A stretch of 64,000 nucleotides of DNA from an uncultured Planctomycetia bacterium (GCA_964597545.1 CAZQXN010000001.1:133655-197654), one strand, 5' to 3'. Positions 17,441 through 28,239 are shown, counted from the stretch's first letter. Made by a program: numbers and translations. Notes: generated by a model from the sequence alone, not told the origin.

Positions 17441-20400
17441 ATGCCAAAACGCCAGGACATTAACAAGGTCATGATCATAGGTTCAGGCCCGATCGTCATC
17501 GGCCAAGCATGTGAGTTCGACTATTCCGGCACCCAGGCCTGCAAGGCGCTGCGATCGCTAGGCTATAAGATCGTCCTGGTGAATTCCAACCCGGCAACGA
17601 TCATGACCGATCCTGGAATGGCTGACGCGACGTATATCGAACCCCTCAACACCCGAGCGCTGGAAGAAGTGCTCGCGGCCGAACGACCGGATGGGCTGCT
17701 GCCGAATCTGGGAGGGCAAACGGGGTTGAATCTCTCCTTTGAGCTGGCCAAGTCCGGCATCCTAAAACAACACGGCACTCAGGTGATCGGCGTCAACATA
17801 GACGCCATTGAGCGGGGGGAGGACCGGACAGCCTTCAAGGAAACCATGAACCGCCTGGGCATCGAGATGCCCAAGAGCGAGGCTGTCAACAACGTGGAAG
17901 ACGCCGAGCGGGTGGCCGAGATCTTGGGGTATCCGGTGGTGGTCCGCCCGGCCTATACCATGGGTGGCACAGGCGGGGGACTCGCCTACAACACAGAGGA
18001 GCTTCGCACTGTAGCTTCCCGGGGTCTTTCTGCAAGCCGGGCCAACCAGGTATTGATTGAAGAGTCGGTGCTCGGATGGGAAGAGTTGGAGTTGGAGGTG
18101 GTCCGGGACAGCAAGAACCAGATGATCACCGTTTGCTTCATTGAAAATGTGGACGCCATGGGGGTGCACACCGGGGACTCCTACTGCACTGCCCCCATGC
18201 TGACGATTGATCCGGCCCTCCAGAAACGGCTTCAGAAGCACTCCTATGACATCGTAGAAGCCATCGGTGTCATCGGGGGCACCAACATCCAGTTTGCACA
18301 TGATCCCAAGACCGGGCGGGTGGTGGTGATTGAGATCAACCCGCGTACCTCCCGATCCTCAGCGCTGGCCTCCAAAGCAACTGGCTTTCCCATTGCCTTT
18401 GTCTCTTCGCTCCTGGCTGGGGGGCTGACCATGGATGAGATCCCCTATTGGCGGGACGGGACGCTCGAGAAGTACACCCCCTCGGGAGAGTATGTGGTGG
18501 TGAAGTTCGCCCGATGGGCCTTTGAGAAGTTCCGAGGGATCGAGGACAAACTGGGTACGCAGATGCGCGCCGTGGGCGAGGCCATGTCGATCGGCAAGAA
18601 TTATAAAGAGGCGCTTCAGAAATCAATCCGGTCGCTCGAGATCAAGCGCTATGGTTTAGGCTTTGCCAAGGATTTCCACCAGAAATCCCTGGACGAACTC
18701 TTCGCGCTGCTGGCCACCCCCACCAGTGAGCGGCAGTTTTTGATGTACGAGGCGCTGCGTAAGGGGGCCGATGTCCAAAAGCTCTATGCGCTCACAGCCA
18801 TTAAGCCGTGGTTCATTGAGCAGATGAAGGCCTTGGTCGAACTGGAGATGGAACTCATCAAGCACCGGGGGGCTTTGCCGCCGGATGATCTCCTCAAGCA
18901 GGCTAAGCAGGATGGTTTTGCCGACAAATACTTAGCACAGATCCTGAACACCAAGGAAGAGGAGATCCGCAACCGGCGCAAGGCCCTTGGGGTGGTAGAG
19001 GCCTGGGAACCGGTCCCGGTCAGCGGCGTGGAGAATGCCGCCTACTATTATTCCACCTACAATGCGCCGGACCGGGTAGCCGTGAGTAAACGAAAGAAGA
19101 TCATGGTCTTGGGCGGAGGCCCCAATAGGATCGGGCAGGGAATCGAGTTTGACTACTGCTGTGTCCATGCGGCTTTTTCCATCCGGGATGCCGGATACGA
19201 ATCGATCATGGTCAACTGCAACCCCGAGACCGTTTCAACCGACTATGACACCTCGGATAAGCTGTACTTTGAACCGCTGACAGTCGAGGATGTCTTAAGC
19301 ATCTATGAGAAGGAAAAACCCGAGGGGGTGATCGTGCAGTTCGGCGGACAAACGCCTCTCAACATTGCGCAGGAGTTGGCCGAGGCCGGGGTGAAGGTCC
19401 TGGGCACCTCCCCGGCTACGATTGATCTGGCCGAGGACAGGGACCGGTTCCGGCAAATGATGCGCAAGCTCAACATCCCGCAGCCGGAATCCGGGATGGC
19501 CAGCAACCTAGAGGAAGCCCTTGAAACTGCCAAGACCATCGGCTATCCGCTGATGGTGCGTCCTTCTTACGTGCTTGGCGGACGTGCCATGGAGGTGGTG
19601 GAAGACGAGGAGATGCTGAAAGAGTACGTTCAGGCAGCGGTGGATGTCTCGCCTGAGCGCCCGATCCTGATTGATCGCTTCTTAGAGAATGCCATCGAGG
19701 CCGAGGCGGACGCGCTGTCCGATGGGACCGATGCATTCGTTCCTGCGGTTATGGAGCATATTGAGTTGGCCGGTGTGCATTCGGGGGACTCGGCCTGCGT
19801 CATTCCGCCTGTCAGCATCCCGCAGCAGCATCTTGACATCATCCGCGACTACACCCGCAAGATCGCCATTGAACTTGGGGTGGTGGGGCTAATGAATATT
19901 CAGTACGCGATCGCCAACGATACCGTCTATGTTTTGGAGGCCAACCCTCGCGCCTCACGCACAGTTCCCTTGGTCTCCAAGGTGTGCAACGTGCCGATGG
20001 CCCGCCTGGCTACACAGTTGATACTCGGCCAGAAGCTCTCGGATTTGAAGCTCACCCACAGCAAGATTTTTCATTTCGGCGTCAAGGAGGCGGTCTTTCC
20101 CTTTAACATGTTCCCTGAAACAGATCCTCTGCTCGGACCGGAGATGCGCTCGACCGGAGAGGTGCTGGGAATGGCGGATTCTTTTGGCTTGGCGTTCTTT
20201 AAAGCCCAGGAAGCCACCCAGCTGATACTCCCACTCAAAGGAGCGGTGCTCTTTACGATCGCCGAAAAGAACAAACCGCAGGTGGTGAAGTCGGCTAGGA
20301 TATTTTCTGAGTTGGGATTCTCCATCCGGGCAACCGAGGGAACACAGCAATTTCTGACAAAGCATGGCATTGCGTCAGAGCTGATTCTAAAGATCGGCCA

Positions 20401-20680
20401 CGGCCGCCCACACATTGTGGATGCCATCAAGAACGGGGAGATTCAATTGGTGGTCAATACCCCCAGCGGCAAGGCAGCCCAAGAGGATGATTCCTACATC
20501 CGCAAGGCCGCCATCAAGTACAAGATCCCTTACATTACGACCCCGGCCGCGGCACTGGCTACCGCCAAAGGGATTGCCGCCCGGAGCAAGGGAGAGGCTG
20601 GGGCGAAATCGCTACAGCGCTATCACCGTGACATCGCCGGAGCCGGGAGCAAGTGCCCGCCCGCTACCGTGGATGCGTAG
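17441..20680 (+). CDS. carB: Carbamoyl-phosphate synthase large subunit (paralog 1, standalone)
   Basis: [37 protein letters not shown] is the canonical CarB N-terminus. Two ATP-grasp halves plus an MGS-like C-terminus. AAGGAG SD sits 7 nt before the ATG at 17441. The TTG at 17411 is rejected. Confidence 0.9.
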   Translation: MPKRQDINKVMIIGSGPIVIGQACEFDYSGTQACKALRSLGYKIVLVNSNPATIMTDPGMADATYIEPLNTRALEEVLAAERPDGLLPNLGGQTGLNLSFELAKSGILKQHGTQVIGVNIDAIERGEDRTAFKETMNRLGIEMPKSEAVNNVEDAERVAEILGYPVVVRPAYTMGGTGGGLAYNTEELRTVASRGLSASRANQVLIEESVLGWEELELEVVRDSKNQMITVCFIENVDAMGVHTGDSYCTAPMLTIDPALQKRLQKHSYDIVEAIGVIGGTNIQFAHDPKTGRVVVIEINPRTSRSSALASKATGFPIAFVSSLLAGGLTMDEIPYWRDGTLEKYTPSGEYVVVKFARWAFEKFRGIEDKLGTQMRAVGEAMSIGKNYKEALQKSIRSLEIKRYGLGFAKDFHQKSLDELFALLATPTSERQFLMYEALRKGADVQKLYALTAIKPWFIEQMKALVELEMELIKHRGALPPDDLLKQAKQDGFADKYLAQILNTKEEEIRNRRKALGVVEAWEPVPVSGVENAAYYYSTYNAPDRVAVSKRKKIMVLGGGPNRIGQGIEFDYCCVHAAFSIRDAGYESIMVNCNPETVSTDYDTSDKLYFEPLTVEDVLSIYEKEKPEGVIVQFGGQTPLNIAQELAEAGVKVLGTSPATIDLAEDRDRFRQMMRKLNIPQPESGMASNLEEALETAKTIGYPLMVRPSYVLGGRAMEVVEDEEMLKEYVQAAVDVSPERPILIDRFLENAIEAEADALSDGTDAFVPAVMEHIELAGVHSGDSACVIPPVSIPQQHLDIIRDYTRKIAIELGVVGLMNIQYAIANDTVYVLEANPRASRTVPLVSKVCNVPMARLATQLILGQKLSDLKLTHSKIFHFGVKEAVFPFNMFPETDPLLGPEMRSTGEVLGMADSFGLAFFKAQEATQLILPLKGAVLFTIAEKNKPQVVKSARIFSELGFSIRATEGTQQFLTKHGIASELILKIGHGRPHIVDAIKNGEIQLVVNTPSGKAAQEDDSYIRKAAIKYKIPYITTPAAALATAKGIAARSKGEAGAKSLQRYHRDIAGAGSKCPPATVDA

Positions 20681-20716
20681 GGGCACCGAGGATACATCGC
20701 CGGGCATACGGCCAGG

Positions 20717-21772
20717 TTGCTTCGATTTCACGCATCCTGCAATATTTCGATGGATGCGTGGCTAAAGGAAAATCTCGTCTGCCCTCGCGACCACATGCCC
20801 CTAGGGTTTAAGGGAGCTGTTCTCGCCTGCCCCCAAAACCATAAGTACCCTCTCATTGACGACATCCCAATTATGCTGGTGGAGGAGGTTCGCCCCGCGC
20901 AGTCAGAATGCAGCAAAACGCTCAAGCAATCGACCCATCCGCGACCAGAACAGCCTGTTCACCGCGAAGCACCTGCTTGGGGGGCTGTAGATCCATTCGT
21001 GCAAAAGGCGGTTGGGGCTACGTGTGGTGCGCTGTATGCATCCCTGAGAGGGAAGCTGGCCGCCTATCCCATTCCGGAATTGCGCTTACCCAGTGTTTCG
21101 GGGAAACGTTTCCTTGAGCTGGGCTGTAATTGGGGGAGATGGTGCATCAGCGCAACCAGAAGAGGATACGCTCCCGTCGGAATAGATCATAACCTGAATG
21201 CAATCCGCGCCGCCTACCGCATAGCCAAACAATTGAAGGTTCCTGCTGTCTACCTTGTCGCAGATATGCGGCGTCTTCCTTTTGCGACGGGCTGCTTTGA
21301 TACCGTCTTCTCCTACAGCGTGCTACAACATTTCAGCAAGTCCGATGTTCGGGAGGCCGTGTCGGAAGCTGGCAGAGTGCTCCGGCCCTCAAGAAAAACA
21401 CTCATACAAATGCCAAATCTCTACGGGCTGAGAAACGTTCTGGTACGGTTTCGAAGGGGCTTCAGAGAGCCTGCGGGATTTGAGGTGCGATACTGGCATC
21501 CGAAGGAATTGGAACGGCTATTTCAACAGTTGATTGGACCTACGCGGTTACTGGCCGATGGTTACTTCTCGCTAAACGCTCAGATAAGCGATCTTCCGCT
21601 GTTGCCCTTAAAATCCCGCTTCATTGTTTACTGCTCGAATCTGCTTCGGAAATTGACGAGCATCGCTCCGCCCTTGAAGTATCTGGCCGATAGCCTGTAT
21701 GTTGAAGCCATTCGTCGCCCGCCGCCCGGAGCAAGCAACAAAAGGGGGTTGGGCGGAGAGCGCTGTACATAG
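20717..21772 (+). CDS. SAM methyltransferase (type 11) with N-terminal Trm112-like zinc-ribbon-type domain
   Basis: LVCPRDHMPL...ACPQNHKYPLIDDIPIML is Trm112-like. FLELGCNWGRWCISATRRGYAPVGIDHN and DTVFSYSVLQH are MT motifs I and post-I. Confidence 0.55.
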   Translation: MLRFHASCNISMDAWLKENLVCPRDHMPLGFKGAVLACPQNHKYPLIDDIPIMLVEEVRPAQSECSKTLKQSTHPRPEQPVHREAPAWGAVDPFVQKAVGATCGALYASLRGKLAAYPIPELRLPSVSGKRFLELGCNWGRWCISATRRGYAPVGIDHNLNAIRAAYRIAKQLKVPAVYLVADMRRLPFATGCFDTVFSYSVLQHFSKSDVREAVSEAGRVLRPSRKTLIQMPNLYGLRNVLVRFRRGFREPAGFEVRYWHPKELERLFQQLIGPTRLLADGYFSLNAQISDLPLLPLKSRFIVYCSNLLRKLTSIAPPLKYLADSLYVEAIRRPPPGASNKRGLGGERCT

Positions 21773-21917
21773 CAAGCTGCGTTGATGTTGTTCGTTGAAC
21801 CGCACCCCTTCGCTCCCAAGAGGGGGAAAAACAAGGGAAACCATGGGTTCCCTTTATGGAGTGAGTCTTGAGTGCAAGTGAAGGACGGGCGACGTTCAAT
21901 TTCCCGTCGGCCCCGCT

Positions 21918-22901
21918 TTGACCCATAATGAAATGATCGAAACTTGCCCCCTCTGTCACTCCAGCTGCGCATCCAAGCTTGTCCGGAGAAAGGATGGGCG
22001 CTGGATCAAGCGGTGCGAACAGTGTGAACACTGCTTCATTCCTATTTCCGAAGACGCCGATTGGCTAAGAGAGCTTTATGATTCCTCCTACAACTTTTCC
22101 TCTGTGGAAGAGGCAGAAAGCCATAGAGTGTCAGGGGAGTGGTTTCGGGATCCTAAAGGATACTTTCAGATCGGTCTGAACTGGCTGAAGCAAACGCAGT
22201 CCCTGAAAGGGAAGCGTGTTCTGGAAGTTGGTTGTGGGCTTGGCCACGTTCTCGCTTCGCTTCGAGAAGAAGGAGCCCAAATACGTGGAATTGACAGAAA
22301 TCCTTCAGCAGCCGTTTTAGCCAAGAAATGGTTCGATTTGGATACGCATGTGGGGGAGATTGAGGCGTTGGTTCCTCGGCTTCCAAAAAACTATTTTGAT
22401 ATTGTGATCTTCTTTGAAACCATCGAACATTTGATTGACCCATCCAAAGTGCTTCAACAGCTTCACGCTTTACTTATTGACAAAGGGCTCCTCCTCGTTT
22501 CAACACCCAACTTTTCCCTTTTTTGGTCCGAGCGGTCTGGCTACAGTGACCTATCCCAAAGATTTGAACACATCCATTTCTTCCAGCTGCATACCCTTTC
22601 GGCGGCGCTTAAAAAAACAGGCTTCAATGTGGTCGAGCACATACCCTGCGGGAGCATCCATCCTCTGATCGAACGGCTGGCGCTTCGAACCGGACTTCGT
22701 CCGCTTATTGCCTCCTGCTGGTCTTCGCTGAGGAAACTTGTCCTTCTGCGTGCACCATTGCGTTTGGTTTACCGACGGTTTAATTCCCTGACGGCATCTA
22801 TGGGTGCAGACAAGGGCCTGTCTCCTGGCCTGTTCGTAGTCGGTGAGAAAGCGGCGGAAGACCGATCGGGCGTCGAGGAATTCGGCGATCGGCGGGATTA
22901 G
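21918..22901 (+). CDS. Class I SAM methyltransferase with N-terminal CxxC...CxxC zinc-ribbon
   Basis: CPLCHSS...CEQCEH, then VLEVGCGLGHVLASL (motif I) and IVIFFETIEHLIDP. Confidence 0.6.
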   Translation: MTHNEMIETCPLCHSSCASKLVRRKDGRWIKRCEQCEHCFIPISEDADWLRELYDSSYNFSSVEEAESHRVSGEWFRDPKGYFQIGLNWLKQTQSLKGKRVLEVGCGLGHVLASLREEGAQIRGIDRNPSAAVLAKKWFDLDTHVGEIEALVPRLPKNYFDIVIFFETIEHLIDPSKVLQQLHALLIDKGLLLVSTPNFSLFWSERSGYSDLSQRFEHIHFFQLHTLSAALKKTGFNVVEHIPCGSIHPLIERLALRTGLRPLIASCWSSLRKLVLLRAPLRLVYRRFNSLTASMGADKGLSPGLFVVGEKAAEDRSGVEEFGDRRD

Positions 22902-23929
22902 TTGGAACCGGTGCGGTAGCGGCGATAGAGGGGCAGCCAGTCCCGGTGCGTTAGCTGCAGTAAATCTCTGGGAAGCGCGTGGTACGTTCTGCAGAGATAC
23001 TCCCGCAACTCCAGCTCGGGCCTGCCCCAAAACAGGTCTAAGCTCTCCTGGTCTATAACACACAGATGCTTACCGTACATCCTAAAACACTCCTCCCTGG
23101 TCCCTGCCGGAGCATACCCCAGCTTTTTGAGGAATTGAACCATTAAGAAGGTTTCGGGCCTCATGTGGCTGTGTTCGTGGAGTGCAGAGGCTGTTTCGTG
23201 GGACAGCGCTTGCAGTGCTTCAAAATTGATCTGTGCGGGCTTCTGGAGCAGCTCCACATCCCACAGCAGGAGCATGTCATCGATCTGACCAAAAGACAAC
23301 ATGTCCGAAACCCAATACGCGGAGTTGATGAAAGAACACAGGGACGTCACAACGATACGTTGCCTCTGAGCACAGCCGTCTGCCACCGGAAAAGTGTCTA
23401 AGAGACCCAAGAGAAATTCTTCCGCGTTGGGCGCATATACCCTTTGATCGGTCCTGCTCTTTAAGGCGTATTGCAGGTTCAGTTGCTTGGCTCGCCGAAT
23501 GCCGTTGAGGGATGAGGTGATCTGATAGTTGACGTGCGAGTATCCGGTCCACGACGGCTTTTCATTCAAGAGAACCTCTATCCCCTCGGCCTTAAGCTGA
23601 GCGACACAATCTGCGTCTGAATCGTCCCAGGTTGAGACAATGACAACGGAGCGGGGAAAGGTCTCTTTGTACAACCGAACAGACTCCAGCGTGAAATCAT
23701 TGTCTCCAAGCAGCGGTCCTTGGATCACGAGCCCGATCTCTTTGGTTGGGCGGGTCTGCTGACCTGGCGGGGCGGAGATATCGCGGTTGTAGCGTATATT
23801 CCGGCGGTATTTGGGACGCAGGTGCAGTGTTAGGAAAAAGGGGAAAGAGCGCAAGCGAACAATGCGCTTGAGGATCCTCTGCCCCCACTGCAGACAGCGC
23901 GCAACAAATGTACCTTTAAGGTAGATCAT
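22898..23929 (-). CDS. Hypothetical protein, possibly glycan-biosynthesis associated
   Basis: 343-aa ORF with no confidently recognisable motif. Contains VIVSTWDDSDAD. Confidence 0.3.
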   Translation of the reverse strand: MIYLKGTFVARCLQWGQRILKRIVRLRSFPFFLTLHLRPKYRRNIRYNRDISAPPGQQTRPTKEIGLVIQGPLLGDNDFTLESVRLYKETFPRSVVIVSTWDDSDADCVAQLKAEGIEVLLNEKPSWTGYSHVNYQITSSLNGIRRAKQLNLQYALKSRTDQRVYAPNAEEFLLGLLDTFPVADGCAQRQRIVVTSLCSFINSAYWVSDMLSFGQIDDMLLLWDVELLQKPAQINFEALQALSHETASALHEHSHMRPETFLMVQFLKKLGYAPAGTREECFRMYGKHLCVIDQESLDLFWGRPELELREYLCRTYHALPRDLLQLTHRDWLPLYRRYRTGSN

Positions 23930-23933
23930 CCAT

Positions 23934-24677
23934 TCACGCTAAAAGGTCCTGGTACGCTTTGGTCCTCTTGAACTCATCAAAATCCTCCGGCGTGCCTAAC
24001 CCGTGCATCTGGTTGGCCTTGATTTCATAGAGGCCGATGTTGAGGCCCTGCTTGATGAGTTCGTTGTACACCGGGCAGACGTAGAATTCGTTGTTCACCC
24101 GGATGTCCTTCTGAATCATGGAGCATGCCCCTTCAAAAAACATGCTCCCCCTTCGGTAGTAATAGATGCCCACCGTGGCGTGGTTGCTGATTGGCCGCTT
24201 CTCTGCGACTTGGATAACCGCTCCGCCATCGTCCACCTTGGCATACGACCATTTCGGATGAACAGCAGGAAAGGCCATGATGCTGCCGTCCAGCTTTCTC
24301 GAGCGCGCATCTTGCAGGAAAGCATTGATGTCTGCCTCGATGTACTGGTCGTTGTTGGCAATCATCAACTCCTTGTCGTCATTGAAGTGGTCGGAGGCCA
24401 GCAACACCGTGCAGGCCGCCCCCGCTGTAGGTTCGCTTAAGGTCACGACGTTGCACCGCGGAGCAATGGCGTTAAGGGTGTGGCGCAGGGAATACCGATC
24501 GTAGTGCGAGCGCTTACAAATGAACGTGAAACGATGGTCGCCCCGGGGCGTGATGTTCTGCACCACCAACTGAATGAGGGGGATGGTTTTGACTTCGACC
24601 AGCGGCTTTGGGAATGTGTAGCCCGCCGCCTTGAACCGAGAGCCTTCTCCTGCCATAGGGACGACAATGTTAAGCAT
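23934..24677 (-). CDS. Sugar-phosphate nucleotidyltransferase (short NTP_transferase family)
   Basis: N-terminal VVPMAGEGSRFK matches the GxGxRF pyrophosphorylase motif. 247 aa. Confidence 0.6.
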   Translation of the reverse strand: MLNIVVPMAGEGSRFKAAGYTFPKPLVEVKTIPLIQLVVQNITPRGDHRFTFICKRSHYDRYSLRHTLNAIAPRCNVVTLSEPTAGAACTVLLASDHFNDDKELMIANNDQYIEADINAFLQDARSRKLDGSIMAFPAVHPKWSYAKVDDGGAVIQVAEKRPISNHATVGIYYYRRGSMFFEGACSMIQKDIRVNNEFYVCPVYNELIKQGLNIGLYEIKANQMHGLGTPEDFDEFKRTKAYQDLLA

Positions 24678-24689
24678 GAAGCAACCCCT

Positions 24690-25312
24690 TTATGTTGCGT
24701 GATCGCTTAAGAAATTTTGAATCAGCGAATACCGAACTTCTTCGCACCCCTCAACCTCCAAAACGGCACCGCCGCTGGCATGTGCTGCCTCCTTCCCGTG
24801 GCCGGCGTCCTCAAGGATAAGGCACTCCGAAGGCTTAAGCTGCAGTTTTTCAAAAGCCCGCTGGAAGATCTCGGGGTCCGGTTTTGGCCGAGCAACATTC
24901 TCGTTGCTCAAAAAGAAATCAAAGTATGGCATCAAGCCCGCTTTCTCGAGCATCAGATCAACTGTCTTTTGCACCGAATTCGAGCAGACAATAAGACGAT
25001 ATCCCTCTTCTTTCAGCCTGCGTACCATGTTGACTTTCTCGGCGTCGACCGTACACAGCGCCTGGATCGTCTCCTGCGTATATCCCTGTTTGAGCTGATG
25101 AATGAGTTTGTGTAGTTGCCGTGGAAAATGTTTCTTTTCCGTTAAGTGTTCAAGCTTCACGCGTGTTGGCAAACCATTGTAAAAACGCTCATGCTCTTCG
25201 CGCCCAACCGAGAATCCGAACACGCCGAGTGCCCTGTTCAGGGCCAAGTAATGCCATTCCGCCGCATCGACCAACACGCCGTCTAGATCAAAGATGATCG
25301 CCTTGATCTTCA
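24690..25312 (-). CDS. HAD-superfamily hydrolase (HAD-IA, beta-phosphoglucomutase-like)
   Basis: The start is taken at MKIKAIIFDLDGVLVD (DxDG motif I). CSNS and a K...EDAGHG motif follow. The N-terminal extension in the track is rejected. Confidence 0.6.
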
Positions 25313-25963
25313 TCGGCCCCCCGAATTGAAATAGCGATCGGCCTCGCAGGGATGGTCCGTGCAGAGATAGAGCTGCCGGGAAAGGAGTTGGGGCAGTGCC
25401 TTGTAAGCCGCCCACCGTCTCTTGTGGGGGCGCCGATGCAGCTCAGGGGAGACGATGCAGATCTTCTTGCCGTTCCGATGATGCTTCTCGAGATCCGCTC
25501 TTTGAATCCACGGGCGCTGGAGCTCATCGAGCCACACCCATCGCGCATGCCTGTACAGAACAGGCTGGAGCTCCATGTCGCTGTGCCGGGTAGCGGTGAC
25601 GACCTTGCGGTGGTACTTAAAAAACCGGAAAGCGGTGGGTATGGACATGTCAAAGGCAAAGTAACGGGTGATGGCATGCTGCTTGAGCAGTGTGTTCACC
25701 GCCCGCTCTAAGCCGTCTGCTTTGATGTTGAGCGCTAAAAGAGAGGTGCTCCTGAGGGATCGATAGAGGCGAAGCAGTTGTTTCAGGGAGGGGCTCATTC
25801 GGTTGGCCATTTCGTGCGAAATCACTACCTCCCCGGACCGATCGCGAATATCCGCCTCAAGGCCAAAGCCTGCCGTTAACGCACGCTTGAATGCAGCAAG
25901 GGAATTCTGTTCGCTTGGGTTTCCCCAGAGGCCTCGATGACAAACAATGTGCAAGTGGCTCAC
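25310..25963 (-). CDS. Glycerophosphodiester phosphodiesterase (GDPD)-like protein (second copy)
   Basis: VCHRGLWGNPSEQNSLAAFKRALTAGFGLEADIRDRSGEVVISHE matches the GDPD HRG...E.D...H signature. Confidence 0.5.
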   Translation of the reverse strand: MSHLHIVCHRGLWGNPSEQNSLAAFKRALTAGFGLEADIRDRSGEVVISHEMANRMSPSLKQLLRLYRSLRSTSLLALNIKADGLERAVNTLLKQHAITRYFAFDMSIPTAFRFFKYHRKVVTATRHSDMELQPVLYRHARWVWLDELQRPWIQRADLEKHHRNGKKICIVSPELHRRPHKRRWAAYKALPQLLSRQLYLCTDHPCEADRYFNSGGR

Positions 25964-26062
25964 TCCGCAAGTTGATCTTGGGAAGTAGTTTCTGTTTGTC
26001 TTGGCTGAATCTGTTCCTCAAGATCAGTATAGCAAAGCTGGGGGCGCGGTGCGGAATTCTGT

Positions 26063-27253
26063 TTAGGCCAATCCAAGGCGTTTGAAGAGCCGTTCAAATC
26101 GATGCTGCCAAGTGTGGTACTGGATGCAGTATTCTCTTGCCTTGCGTCTCATGCGGTCCCGAAGGGGTTTATCTGCCGATAGCGCTTTTGCTTTTTCGCA
26201 AAGCTCGTCCAGGGAGCGGTAGGTCTCGATGATCCCCTCCTCTGGATAAAAGCGATCCAGCTCCTCTGTGTGCTGGGTGAGGTAGCATGCTCCGCTCATG
26301 GGTGCTTCAAAATCTCTTAGCTTGGAATACGTCTGGTTCCATAAGTCTCTGCAGCTTGGGTGGATGTAATGATTAATGCCCAAGGTGACTTTGCTGCGTC
26401 CGTACAGACTCAAAACCTCATCATTGCTGAGCGGAGATTGGCTTGCGTGCCCGGCAACCAACGCCTCAAACTCCTTGCCCATCTCCCCTATCGTCTTCTG
26501 CATGCGCTTGGGGCGAAGGCCGTAGGCCAGGAGCGACTTTATCCCTCCCCGTTTCATCTCCAGAATATTCACCGCTTGCTCAAGGAGAGACAGCTTCGGG
26601 TAGGCTCTCTGTGTCTCCGCACCGGGGTCGTCCAACCCGTAATAAGCAGAGCGCTCATGCCAAGATGGTCCGTAGATCTCGAGCGGAAATCCCCTGCCCA
26701 AAAGGGAGCCCAAGAGCCACCTCCGGTAGGGGGTTTTGGTGCCAATAAAAACCAGATCCTTGCTCTCTTCGTTCTTGTGCGGCCTGTGCAAAGCCGGATT
26801 TGCCGCCATGGGCAAATAGATGAAGTTGTATCGGCGCGCTTTGTACATCGGCACAGCCCCCAGCTCAGGGACCCAATTCAGCGTAAAGTAGGGGGCAAAC
26901 GCATCGAGCACAGACCTTGTTTGAAGATTATCAGGAAAAAAACAGACGGTAGGAATCCCCAGGGCTTCGATCGCTTTGAAGATGGAGGGATCAAATTGAA
27001 AGGGAAACAAATGGATTAGGAACAGATCCAGCCCTCGGCTGCTGTGAACGCGCCGCACCTCTTCCAATAAACGCAACCCCAACTTTCTTCGCCACTTAAA
27101 CGACCAGGCCCTGGCATTGAGGCGATAGAACGACTCGTTGAGCCCGATCCCTTGGGCAAGATGAACCTCATGGCCCATATCCCGCAAGGGAAGCACCAAA
27201 TTGCGCGTCCACGTATTTGGCGTTTCGGTTCCGGTACAAACAAATATTTTCAT
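26063..27253 (-). CDS. CgeB-like / GT1-type glycosyltransferase-like protein
   Basis: Start taken at MKIFVCTG. Weak similarity pattern to the DUF3880 plus Glyco_trans_1_2 architecture. Confidence 0.35.
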   Translation of the reverse strand: MKIFVCTGTETPNTWTRNLVLPLRDMGHEVHLAQGIGLNESFYRLNARAWSFKWRRKLGLRLLEEVRRVHSSRGLDLFLIHLFPFQFDPSIFKAIEALGIPTVCFFPDNLQTRSVLDAFAPYFTLNWVPELGAVPMYKARRYNFIYLPMAANPALHRPHKNEESKDLVFIGTKTPYRRWLLGSLLGRGFPLEIYGPSWHERSAYYGLDDPGAETQRAYPKLSLLEQAVNILEMKRGGIKSLLAYGLRPKRMQKTIGEMGKEFEALVAGHASQSPLSNDEVLSLYGRSKVTLGINHYIHPSCRDLWNQTYSKLRDFEAPMSGACYLTQHTEELDRFYPEEGIIETYRSLDELCEKAKALSADKPLRDRMRRKAREYCIQYHTWQHRFERLFKRLGLA

Positions 27254-27267
27254 GAAAACCGTCCCAC

Positions 27268-28155
27268 TTAAGATTCCTGCCGAATCAAGGGCCTCACCTG
27301 CTCCAGCTTTTCTTGGGGCACTGCAATGAGGTTGTGATTCGTCTCGTAATGCCTCTTCATGGGAGCGAGAAGGATTTGCCCTTGGGGTGTCGCCGCATAC
27401 CACGTGTAGCGCTTGCTCTGCAAAAACTCGTAAAGCTCCTTCGCCTGATAGCCCCAGGGCTGCGTGCGCATATCCTCCATTTCAACCATGAAAATAGGCC
27501 GCCTTTTGCGGCTAAGCAATTGGCTGGCTCCCTGCAGCACCCCCTTCTCCGCTCCTTCTACGTCCAATATGACGACGTCCACGTGACCAATGGAGTGCTG
27601 CTCCAGGTAGCGATCGAGAGTGGTCACCTGTACAGGCACAATCTGTGTCGTTGCCTCAATCACCGGCGGCCGCAAACTGTTTAACCCCTTCTGGTGACCC
27701 AAGACGACGTGCAGCCTTGCCTCCGCCTCTTCTGCCCCAAGGGCAAAGGGTTCAACGGTCACATTATGGCAGCGATTCAAGCGTATGTGCCAAAGCAGCT
27801 TCGTCCGCTCCCGAGGAGAAGGCTCAAAAGCAATCACCCGCCCTTTGGGACCTACCCGCCTTGAGGCAAGCATGGCGTAAAGGCCGTGATGGGCACCACC
27901 ATTGAGCACAACCATGTTGGGCTTCAGGAAGCGCCCCAGGAAGCGGCGCTCCTCTTCCTCAAACTCCCCCATGAAGAGCGCCATGCTTACCCAATCTGCT
28001 TCCGTGAACCACCAGCACTTATAGGGCAGTCGAATAGGCAGGGAAATCTGTGGAAACCAACGGCACCACTGCACAATGAAGCGAAGCTTGAGCAGTGCGA
28101 TATTCTTCCTCAGCGGTCTCCGGAGAATCCTTTTTGCACGCGCGCCGTCAAACAA
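27268..28155 (-). CDS. FkbM-family SAM methyltransferase (second copy)
   Basis: VVLNGGAHHGLYAMLASRRVGPKGRVIAFEPSP...VDVVILDVEGAEKGVLQG. Confidence 0.65.
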   Translation of the reverse strand: MFDGARAKRILRRPLRKNIALLKLRFIVQWCRWFPQISLPIRLPYKCWWFTEADWVSMALFMGEFEEEERRFLGRFLKPNMVVLNGGAHHGLYAMLASRRVGPKGRVIAFEPSPRERTKLLWHIRLNRCHNVTVEPFALGAEEAEARLHVVLGHQKGLNSLRPPVIEATTQIVPVQVTTLDRYLEQHSIGHVDVVILDVEGAEKGVLQGASQLLSRKRRPIFMVEMEDMRTQPWGYQAKELYEFLQSKRYTWYAATPQGQILLAPMKRHYETNHNLIAVPQEKLEQVRPLIRQES

Positions 28156-28239
28156 GGGAGTCCTCTTTCCGTCTCGCAGATATGTTAAAATCGGCTTCAG
28201 GGAATTTGACCATCAGCTCCTCATGGGATATTAACTCAA

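Noticed and set aside
17762-18301. 179-aa antisense ORF inside carB1
   Set aside because: This and many similar ORFs are antisense to a strongly conserved CarB frame.
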